From positions 19,638 through 83,637 of the IMG/VR virus record IMGVR_UViG_3300049033_000018: a stretch of 64,000 nt of DNA, one strand, 5' to 3'. The stretch is from a virus. Below, piece after piece: positions 50,737-58,152 of this stretch. The position numbers and the translations under genes were made by a program. The stretch's first letter is position 1. The number at the start of each line of letters is the position of its first letter. Under the pieces are notes generated by a model. It made no database searches and was not told where the DNA came from. It saw nothing but the letters and a program-made list of their open reading frames with translations.

Positions 50737-52071
50737 TTATTTTTTTAATCCTGTTGAAAGTTCACCCTTAATTGCTGGATGAGAGTCATACCCATTTAAT
50801 CTGAATTCTCTAATATCTAAAGAATTAATGAAATCATTTAAATCATACCTTCCTGAGAGGTATTTATCTAAATTGTCTGGAAGAAATCCTTTCTCATTTC
50901 TTTCTAAACATACTAATGTAGGTAAAGGTTTTGGTTCCCTTGTAAGCTGCTCGTCTATTTGAGTCATATGATTATCGTAAATGTGAACATCTCCGAACGA
51001 ATGAATGAAATCTCCAGGAATCATGTTACAAATCTTACATAAAATATGTGTTAGTAAAGCATATGAAGCAATATTATAAGGAACCCCCAAGAATAAATCA
51101 GCACTTCTTTGGTACATTTGGCAATCCAGTTTATATTTAGGAATATTAGAATTATCTAAATCTTGTTCAAAAGTTGTTGTAAGAGACATTTCCCATCTAG
51201 CATCCATTTCTTCAACTGTTTCTCCATATGTTTCTTTGAAAATAGCGTTTCTTTCATCATAACTTAATGGTCTACAGTTGAACTGAACCAAAGCATGACA
51301 AGCATTTAATGCCATATCATTTAAAGTGGCTGGATTCCAAGTAGTTAAAATATGTCTTCTACTCATTGGAGAATTTTTCAACCCATCAATCAAATCTTTA
51401 ATTTGGTCAATACCTTTTTTAGGTTTACTAGAAGAATCAATAGGTAGTATTCCTGATTCCTTACATAGTTTTCTCAATTGTAAAAGGGATTCTTCTGTAT
51501 TGTCTAACAATGTTCCAGGAGGAATATTATTAACATCAATCATGAAGACCTGTTCTAACGAATTGGTATCACCTCCCCAATTTCTCCAAAGCCATCCATA
51601 TTGCTTTCCACAGTCTCCTAAAGTGTACCCTGGTATTGATGAGATTTCTCCTTTTCTAATTAAGTTAGTAAATTCTCCATAAGAATGAAGTCTAAACCCT
51701 CCTGCTGTACCAAACAAAGGTGTTTTATCCCAATCATCTACAGATATAGGATGGAATATCTCAGAATTTTCAAATCCTGCCTTTTCTGTTGCAACTTTGC
51801 AATAATAATTATAGGCATCCTCATTCCAGATGTTACAACCATTGTCTACCAGATACTTAATGTTTGTATCCCCTCTTAAAAACCATAATAGTTCTACTAC
51901 TATATTTTTGAAAGATAATTTTTTTGTAGTTAAAAGTGGGAATCCTTCAGATAAGTCATGCCTAAATTGATACCCAAATAAACTAGTTGTGCCAGGCATT
52001 CCTTCCCTGGCTGGAGCCTTATAGGTTCCTTTTTCTTTTACAGCTCTCGCTAAATCTAAATACTGTTTCAT
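50737..52071 (-). CDS. thyA: Thymidylate synthase with three large insertions
   Basis: FPLLTTKK, ELLWFLRG, RRHILTTWNP, catalytic CH, YQRSADLFLGVPYNIASY and GDVHIYDNH motifs. Confidence 0.95.
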   Translation of the reverse strand: MKQYLDLARAVKEKGTYKAPAREGMPGTTSLFGYQFRHDLSEGFPLLTTKKLSFKNIVVELLWFLRGDTNIKYLVDNGCNIWNEDAYNYYCKVATEKAGFENSEIFHPISVDDWDKTPLFGTAGGFRLHSYGEFTNLIRKGEISSIPGYTLGDCGKQYGWLWRNWGGDTNSLEQVFMIDVNNIPPGTLLDNTEESLLQLRKLCKESGILPIDSSSKPKKGIDQIKDLIDGLKNSPMSRRHILTTWNPATLNDMALNACHALVQFNCRPLSYDERNAIFKETYGETVEEMDARWEMSLTTTFEQDLDNSNIPKYKLDCQMYQRSADLFLGVPYNIASYALLTHILCKICNMIPGDFIHSFGDVHIYDNHMTQIDEQLTREPKPLPTLVCLERNEKGFLPDNLDKYLSGRYDLNDFINSLDIREFRLNGYDSHPAIKGELSTGLKK

Positions 52072-52398
52072 TTATTCAAAAGTTATTTCTTTTTCTATAT
52101 AAGGTAGGAGTCTTCTTAAATCTTTATCTGTTAAAACAACTTCCTCTTCTTTGATATATTTAAACCCTTTAATAGGCTCAGCTATAAAGTGTTTTATTTC
52201 ACAATCATCTTCTTTAGGACACCAACATGTTTCTGCGAAGAACCATCTTGAATATTCCAGAATTAGGTGACACTTTATGATATAAGTTATCTCATCTTTA
52301 ACAAATTCCAAGTCAATGACTTTACTACTGTTATAATAAGACATTCCTTGAGAAGGATGCTTTTCAAAATCAAGTAACTCATTAAATTTTATTTTCAT
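52072..52398 (-). CDS. Hypothetical protein
   Basis: ORF abutting thyA within the operon. Confidence 0.55.
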   Translation of the reverse strand: MKIKFNELLDFEKHPSQGMSYYNSSKVIDLEFVKDEITYIIKCHLILEYSRWFFAETCWCPKEDDCEIKHFIAEPIKGFKYIKEEEVVLTDKDLRRLLPYIEKEITFE

Positions 52399-52579
52399 AG
52401 TCAGTTCTCTTAATTATTTTACCGTTTTTATCAGTTGTAACTTCTACAACTTTACCATTTATATTAAAGGTAATAGTGGAGCTAATTACTCTGTCAAACC
52501 CTATTAAAGTGTCATCTATAAAGAAATATTCTTTATTAAATCCAAAGAGTTTTTTTAAAAATAATGTTAGTTTTTTCAT
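52382..52579 (-). CDS. Hypothetical protein
   Basis: Short ORF with ATGA overlap to the upstream gene. Confidence 0.55.
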   Translation of the reverse strand: MKKLTLFLKKLFGFNKEYFFIDDTLIGFDRVISSTITFNINGKVVEVTTDKNGKIIKRTDYENKI

Positions 52580-52917
52580 TGTTTATGTATAGGGTTTTTA
52601 CAATTTCCTTTGTGAACAGGGATAGCAGGAACTGCATTTAAGAAATTTTGGTCATATATGTATTGACAACCATCAATTTCTACTTCAACAAAGTCTTCTC
52701 GTCTTACATGATATATTTTTTTGGCTTCTTTTGTTGAATCAACAGTCACTTTGTCTGATAGGTCTTTTTCTCTTTCATTTTCTTCTTGTTGAGGCTCGGC
52801 AGTTTGTTGAACTGGGATAGGGTTGTCTGGCTCTCCTTTAAGTTGTGCCACTTGAAATTCATCTGGTTTACAAGATGACATCAATAAAACTATTGCGAGT
52901 AAAAATACTTTTTTCAT
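52576..52917 (-). CDS. Lipoprotein
   Basis: MKKVFLLAIVLLMSS-C lipobox; C-terminal IDGCQY...HKGNC Cys pair. Confidence 0.75.
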   Translation of the reverse strand: MKKVFLLAIVLLMSSCKPDEFQVAQLKGEPDNPIPVQQTAEPQQEENEREKDLSDKVTVDSTKEAKKIYHVRREDFVEVEIDGCQYIYDQNFLNAVPAIPVHKGNCKNPIHKQ

Positions 52918-52933
52918 AACCTTTTAATTATAC

Positions 52934-52984
52934 TGCAAATATACGAAAAAAAATTGACACCTGCAAGTTTTACAAGTGTCAATT
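52934..52984 (-). promoter_or_regulatory. Fused terminator and promoter
   Basis: Minus-strand hairpin AATTGACACTTGTAA-AAC-TTGCAGGTGTCAATT followed by a T-tract that runs into TATATTTG (52943-36); CTTG at 52967-64 is spaced 20 nt. Confidence 0.8.
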
Positions 52985-52987
52985 CTG

Positions 52988-53956
52988 TTAATCTTTTGTT
53001 AAAAAACCTTCTTTTTTCAGAATATTTCTAATAGAATCTATTAAGTCATCTAAAGTTCCATTATTTTGAATTATATAATCAAAAGTTGCATTATCTAATG
53101 CTGTTTCTGATACATGTTCGTTTTGTCTTTCTCCAATCCAGTATCCAAATCCACTACAAGTAGGACACCCACCACCTTGACAGTTATTACATGGAACCCT
53201 GTATTCCCTTTCAATTCTAATTACTAACCCTTCTCTTGATTTTATAGCATCTAATTCATTGGGGAATCTCATGTCTGTAATAATCCACTTTGATTGTACT
53301 TTAGTAGTATGAATGTTAAACCATTTTTCTAAGTGTGTATCTATCCAATCTTGAGATGTACCTTCGCTAAAAGTTATGTTTTCTTTAAGATAGTTAATGA
53401 TATTTTCTTTGGTGTCTTTATAGAAATTTTTTAGCTTAGATTCTTGATGTACTTTATCATACCCAGCATAGTAATATAAAGTATTATCTTTACCTTTGTA
53501 ATCAGCTAAAGTTGCATTCACCCAGACTTGGGGGTGAATAATTTCTCTACCACATTCAGTACCAACTAATTGTAATAATAATCTTGGTGTTGTTTTTACA
53601 AGGAATCTTGCATCAGCAATTTGTTTATCAATTCCTGACCACTGCCCTAAGGGAAACAATTTACCTCCAGATTTATAATACCACCACTCTTCTCCTAAAG
53701 GAGTACTCTTAAAAGTCTCATCTTCTAATTGTTCTCTAGTACACCCAATAAGAAGACAAACAATATCCTTTAATTTATCAGCAAATTTTTTGATAACCCA
53801 TTTATCATAATAAGAAGTATCATTATCTTGAACTTGCTTTCTTAAAAAATCTTTAACTCCTGTATTATTTAATTGAGGAGAATTTAATAAAATTTGGACA
53901 ATACTTCCTGAAGTATCTTTTCCACTCTGTTTTTTTCCTGAAAATCCTATAATCAT
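52988..53956 (-). CDS. Deoxynucleoside monophosphate kinase
   Basis: GFSGKKQSGKDT, FADKLK, PRLLLQLVGTECGR, ITDMRFPNE and HVSETALD motifs. Confidence 0.85.
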   Translation of the reverse strand: MIIGFSGKKQSGKDTSGSIVQILLNSPQLNNTGVKDFLRKQVQDNDTSYYDKWVIKKFADKLKDIVCLLIGCTREQLEDETFKSTPLGEEWWYYKSGGKLFPLGQWSGIDKQIADARFLVKTTPRLLLQLVGTECGREIIHPQVWVNATLADYKGKDNTLYYYAGYDKVHQESKLKNFYKDTKENIINYLKENITFSEGTSQDWIDTHLEKWFNIHTTKVQSKWIITDMRFPNELDAIKSREGLVIRIEREYRVPCNNCQGGGCPTCSGFGYWIGERQNEHVSETALDNATFDYIIQNNGTLDDLIDSIRNILKKEGFLTKD

Positions 53957-54303
53957 TACCAGCTAATTTTATAATATGTTGTATTATGATACGCTGTATC
54001 ACTTGTCATTTTTTCAACTGTTAAACCTTCATTTTCTAACCATTTGATTGTAAAATCATCAATATCAGAAGGATGTATAACAGCATTATCTTGCCCATCT
54101 TTAGAAGCTTTATAAAGCATAGTTTTTACTTTATCTAGTTTTGAAGAAACAAAATCCTTTGTAGCTTTTTGTAGTTGTTCTTTAAATGTTGGCAATTCTT
54201 TTCCTTCAGGGCGTTTGTATGCACCAGACACCCCCCAAGCTGGGTTACCTTCATCATGAAGGTGGAGTTGATTGTTTAATATTCTTTTTAACATAATTAC
54301 CAA
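53956..54303 (-). CDS. Hypothetical protein, paralog of 54297-54596
   Basis: Shared TIxWLExEGxxV...(I/V)(S/T)W block. Confidence 0.6.
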   Translation of the reverse strand: MVIMLKRILNNQLHLHDEGNPAWGVSGAYKRPEGKELPTFKEQLQKATKDFVSSKLDKVKTMLYKASKDGQDNAVIHPSDIDDFTIKWLENEGLTVEKMTSDTAYHNTTYYKISW

Positions 54304-54596
54304 GTTACAGTTATAAAATCTCCATCTCTAAAATCATTTGTTTCTGTTACTATGAACCCTTCTGATTCTAACCAATTGATAGTATCTTTATCATAAAAAG
54401 TATACATGAAAGTTGCTCTAGTCTTGCCAGTAGCAGCAGCCACTTTAATTCTCTTTTTTATCTCCTGAATTTTAGGAGAATTATAATTTTTAGTGAGGGT
54501 CTGAACCTCTTGTAAAAAATTTCCCATAATCTTTATAGTTTTTGATTGTCTGTCTAGTTCTCTATCATAAGCATAAGCTTCATCATAATGTCCCAT
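54297..54596 (-). CDS. Hypothetical protein, paralog of 53956-54303
   Basis: Shared TINWLESEGFIV...VTW block. Confidence 0.6.
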   Translation of the reverse strand: MGHYDEAYAYDRELDRQSKTIKIMGNFLQEVQTLTKNYNSPKIQEIKKRIKVAAATGKTRATFMYTFYDKDTINWLESEGFIVTETNDFRDGDFITVTW

Positions 54597-54599
54597 AAT

Positions 54600-54827
54600 T
54601 TATTTTTTTCTTACATTTAATCCTATTGTTGAGGCAAATCCAAAATCACCATAGCTTTGGGTTTCAACACCAACAACCATGTATGTCTCTCCTTTATGAA
54701 CTATATTAGTTCCAATTTTTATTGGAATCTCTTTAATATACCCATCTGTAGCATATCCATTTTCTTTAAGGTCTACAATAAATATTGTACCTCTTCCTGT
54801 TACTTCAACTGATTCTTTGATTATCAT
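54600..54827 (-). CDS. Small beta-barrel protein
   Basis: 75-aa ORF in the operon; ESVEVTGRGTIF motif. Confidence 0.5.
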   Translation of the reverse strand: MIIKESVEVTGRGTIFIVDLKENGYATDGYIKEIPIKIGTNIVHKGETYMVVGVETQSYGDFGFASTIGLNVRKK

Positions 54828-55222
54828 TTTAACATTATTGCAGGAAAGTTAGTATTATGTAATTTACCATCATCAAATCCGTATAGAACAAACGGTATTA
54901 CAGGATAGTTGACTCCATCAATGAAGAATTCTCCACTTTCTATTGGAATAAAGTAGCTAGTACCACCTTCATCTTTGTGTGGTGGATAATTATCAGATGG
55001 AATAAATACCTCAATATAACTTTGAAGTGGTAATTTTCCTATTTCCTTCATTTTATTGATAACACAATTAGGATTTTTTTCAAAATAATAACAATCCAAT
55101 CTATGTTGTTTCACCATTCCAGATTTCATCTGCTTTATTTGGTTTTTTATTTGAGCTAAAGATTTAAAATCTTCAATAATAGACCCATAACTTACTAAAG
55201 ACATATGTTTATTTATTTCCAT
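54824..55222 (-). CDS. 2OG-Fe(II) oxygenase/cupin-like protein
   Basis: YPPHKD (HxD) plus a distal LHNT His. Confidence 0.6.
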   Translation of the reverse strand: MEINKHMSLVSYGSIIEDFKSLAQIKNQIKQMKSGMVKQHRLDCYYFEKNPNCVINKMKEIGKLPLQSYIEVFIPSDNYPPHKDEGGTSYFIPIESGEFFIDGVNYPVIPFVLYGFDDGKLHNTNFPAIMLK

Positions 55223-55224
55223 AA

Positions 55225-55704
55225 CTATTTATTATATATTACTATTGTTACATCACAATCGGTAAACTCATTCTGAATAATAGATTTAATTCTCTCCCAA
55301 TCACCCCCAGCAAGTCCCGCCCCAATTTGAGGAAGACCAATTGTTCTACCTTTAAACCTATGATTCATTTTTCTCATACATAAAGTAAGAGCTTCATAAT
55401 CAATAGGAGTTTCTACACCATCTATATGATTTCTACCATAATGATATTGAGTATAAGCATTCACAATATAAGTACCATAAGCTATCTTCATATCTCTTTT
55501 ATAGTCAATGGTTCCTAGTTTGTCAATATTTCCAGGATGTTCTAATTCTTTAGGAAATTTATTACACCCAAAAGCCTGAGCCATCTGAGGAGCAATACCA
55601 GCTCCCATTGTACAAAAACAATTACAGCCGTGGGCTATAACATCAAATTCACCTTCTTGAGCAAGTTGAATTAAATCTCCTTTCATTTCGCTATATCTAC
55701 TCAT
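55225..55704 (-). CDS. Macro domain (ADP-ribose binding/hydrolase) protein
   Basis: KGDLI...IAHGCNC...MGAGIA, NAYTQY and PQIGAGLAGGDW motifs. Confidence 0.9.
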   Translation of the reverse strand: MSRYSEMKGDLIQLAQEGEFDVIAHGCNCFCTMGAGIAPQMAQAFGCNKFPKELEHPGNIDKLGTIDYKRDMKIAYGTYIVNAYTQYHYGRNHIDGVETPIDYEALTLCMRKMNHRFKGRTIGLPQIGAGLAGGDWERIKSIIQNEFTDCDVTIVIYNK

Positions 55705-55705
55705 A

Positions 55706-56221
55706 TTATGATATTTTATTTAACATGTAAATTATTGCTTCTGCTGTCTCTTTTGAGTACACAGGAAGTTTAGTTGTTGCCACATTTCTTAGTTCGGTTC
55801 CTGAATCGTTATCTTCAGGTAAAAGTTCCTGAGTGGTATAAGCACCATTATCTTTAATGTAGTAAGGAATAAAACTGTCTCTTCCTCCATAAAGAACTGC
55901 TTGTTCATCCCCAATCAAATTGGCAGATACTAAAAGGTCAACTGTTTTAACCCACTCTTCATTATTAGGATTATCCTTTAATGGAATCATTATATCACTG
56001 GTTCTTAGATGTTCAGAAATCATTTGTCTTCTGAAGTCAAAAGGAAATGGATTTTTTACATTAAAACTATCTGAAACACCTAACAAAATCAAAAGTTTGT
56101 TATGTCTGGACTGAATAGTTTCAATTAATTTAATGTGGCTAGATGTCAAATAAGGCACCTGCATTCTTGAAATAATAACACCTAAAGTGTTGTTGTCTTT
56201 AAATAGACTTTTTTCTGTCAT
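55706..56221 (-). CDS. nadM: NMN adenylyltransferase (NadM-like, no Nudix domain)
   Basis: GVIISRMQVPYLTSSH (HxGH-like), LLILLGVS, NPFPFDFRRQMI, YGGRDSF and SGTELR motifs. Confidence 0.75.
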   Translation of the reverse strand: MTEKSLFKDNNTLGVIISRMQVPYLTSSHIKLIETIQSRHNKLLILLGVSDSFNVKNPFPFDFRRQMISEHLRTSDIMIPLKDNPNNEEWVKTVDLLVSANLIGDEQAVLYGGRDSFIPYYIKDNGAYTTQELLPEDNDSGTELRNVATTKLPVYSKETAEAIIYMLNKIS

Positions 56222-56342
56222 AGTTTAGTTAATTTTTAATATAGTGGTAAATCAATAATATTTTAAAACTTCAAGTTTATAAAAATTTTTTCCTCCTGCT
56301 GTGTTTTTAAGTTTTTCACTTGTTTCATGGTCAATTCTTTTT

Positions 56343-56777
56343 CTATTTTTTATTCTCAAATTTTAATTTTTCAAGTAAAAACTCAATAGATTTTTTATCA
56401 GTAGTAGATATTTTTGTTGTAATATCCCCCCATCTTTTAGTAGGAAAATTGGGTTTTTGTATATTTTTCTTATGTTCTTCTGGAGTGTATTTATGAATTA
56501 AATCCCATACTTCACTCATAGGTACAGTTTCCCATCTTTCTTCAATAGGATTTTTTAACATTTTGTTAATCATTCTATTAGCCTCATCAAGCATATCATC
56601 CTTATTTTCAAATCCAAGTATAGGTGAATAAAATTTATAACGTTCTTTTCCATCAGTATCAATAATCCCACCTCTATAATGATATTTAAGGGATGTTTTA
56701 AATTGGAATATATCAATAAATAAATTTTTTGATTTTAACCATTCCTTATCATAAAGATATTCTTTATAGTTTTCCAT
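56343..56777 (-). CDS. Hypothetical protein
   Basis: ORF in the operon; no motif recognised. Confidence 0.55.
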   Translation of the reverse strand: MENYKEYLYDKEWLKSKNLFIDIFQFKTSLKYHYRGGIIDTDGKERYKFYSPILGFENKDDMLDEANRMINKMLKNPIEERWETVPMSEVWDLIHKYTPEEHKKNIQKPNFPTKRWGDITTKISTTDKKSIEFLLEKLKFENKK

Positions 56778-57081
56778 CTTCTAATTCTTTCGTTAAAATT
56801 TTTAATAGGTCTTCTTCATTTACTTCATCGAATCCTTCCCATTCCTGCATTGTCTCATAATCATAAGCTATAAAGTCCCCTGTATCTTCATTAAACATTC
56901 CTTCCTTGAAGAAATCTATACAATAACCTTTAGAGTGGTACATTCTATACTGCTTTTTAGACAGTATATCATGAGAGTAATATTCCTCTTCAGTCTTAAT
57001 AATATGGATACCATTTTGTTGAATTTCTCCTAATTTTTCTACTGTCTCAAATAACTTTTGAAATATTGATTTTGCCATCAC
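56764..57081 (-). CDS. Hypothetical protein
   Basis: First ORF after promoter 57096 (GTG 57081 or ATG 57078). Confidence 0.6.
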   Translation of the reverse strand: MMAKSIFQKLFETVEKLGEIQQNGIHIIKTEEEYYSHDILSKKQYRMYHSKGYCIDFFKEGMFNEDTGDFIAYDYETMQEWEGFDEVNEEDLLKILTKELEDGKL

Positions 57082-57093
57082 AATTAATTTATA

Positions 57094-57133
57094 TGCAAAT
57101 ATACAAAAAATCCCTCACATATGCAAGGGATTT
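57094..57133 (-). promoter_or_regulatory. Fused terminator and promoter
   Basis: Minus-strand AAATCCCTTGC-ATAT-GTGAGGGATTT, then TTT-GTATATTTG; CTTG 57127-24, 20 nt, TATATTTG 57103-096. Confidence 0.8.
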
Positions 57134-57148
57134 AGTGTTAATTATATG

Positions 57149-58090
57149 TTAAAATAAGTCAATGACAACTAATTGTTTATGAATATCGTGGTCCCAAGAC
57201 ATATATCTATCAGAATCAAACTTACTATTTGTTGTAAATACTTTATCAAAATAGTTTGTAACTGGGTCATTTCCTAAGTCATTTACTGTTAGGTGACTTA
57301 CAGCTAGGTAAAGTTTACCACAATTTTTCTGTTTCAGTAATTTTGAAAGACCTTTGAAAGTTCCTCCGAATACACAAATGTCGTCAACAATAAGAATGTC
57401 TTTCCCTCCAAAATCTGGTCTATCTATGTTCTGAATTAATTTTGAGTGACCTTCTTCATACTTTCTTGATTTAGAAGCAGAATAAGTTTCACCTTGCCAA
57501 TTAATTTTATCACACATTTTCATTAATGGTTTAAATCCACCAGCATCAGAACTCATTAAAATTAATTTTCCTTGAATTTGTAGAGTTTCTTTATCAATTT
57601 GTTTTAATGCTTTTTCAATAAATTCACTATTGTCAATAATTTCTACACTATCAATCAAAGCTTCAACTACTTCAGGGTTGTGAGGATGGTAGATTTTATA
57701 TCTAAAGTTACTTAAACTATTAAGGAATTCACACACTAATTTAAGTCCATGAGGTTGGTCAATAGCAAATCTTCTATCTGCTTGAGCATCAATTAAATTT
57801 GGAATTATAACAGTAACTGTCCATCCAGATGATTTAACTACATCATGAATCTGATTTAAAATCCACAAATCTTCATAGTGATTAATTCTGAATGTTAATT
57901 TGTTTGAAATACTTTTCACAATAACATATTTACTCATGTCAGGATAATCCTTTACTTCATACTCTAGTTCTGTATTGTAACCTGTATATTTAAATTGTCC
58001 AATTTCATCTAGTACTGATGAATTAGCAACTGTAAATTGTGGAACTTTTCTCCACGCTCTTTCGTCTTTTTCCCAAGGTGTTGTACTCAT
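57149..58090 (-). CDS. prs: Ribose-phosphate pyrophosphokinase-like protein (Prs / Adps-like)
   Basis: IPNLIDAQADRRF, HPHNP, SSDAGG, LIVDDICVFGGTF and LYLAVSH motifs. Confidence 0.85.
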   Translation of the reverse strand: MSTTPWEKDERAWRKVPQFTVANSSVLDEIGQFKYTGYNTELEYEVKDYPDMSKYVIVKSISNKLTFRINHYEDLWILNQIHDVVKSSGWTVTVIIPNLIDAQADRRFAIDQPHGLKLVCEFLNSLSNFRYKIYHPHNPEVVEALIDSVEIIDNSEFIEKALKQIDKETLQIQGKLILMSSDAGGFKPLMKMCDKINWQGETYSASKSRKYEEGHSKLIQNIDRPDFGGKDILIVDDICVFGGTFKGLSKLLKQKNCGKLYLAVSHLTVNDLGNDPVTNYFDKVFTTNSKFDSDRYMSWDHDIHKQLVVIDLF

Positions 58091-58092
58091 AA

Positions 58093-58152
58093 TTATCTTT
58101 TATCTTGTGATATTAATATTAAAGCAAATGCTATTATAAAAATCCATTCCAT
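58093..58152 (-). CDS. 19-aa hydrophobic micropeptide MEWIFIIAFALILISQDKR
   Basis: Hand-translated and absent from the ORF track. TAATG overlap with the NAMPT stop; its stop lies 2 nt before the Prs ATG. Confidence 0.55.
   Translation of the reverse strand: MEWIFIIAFALILISQDKR

Noticed and set aside
50737-52071. Intein or intron in thyA (also checked dnaB and nrdA)
   Set aside because: The inserts are short, lack C/S...HN splice motifs and keep the reading frame intact.
56222-56345. 21-aa ORF (56263-56328) or a frameshift extension of the 144-aa gene at an A6 run
   Set aside because: There is no translational coupling and no canonical slippery heptamer; open alternative frames are expected in AT-rich DNA.
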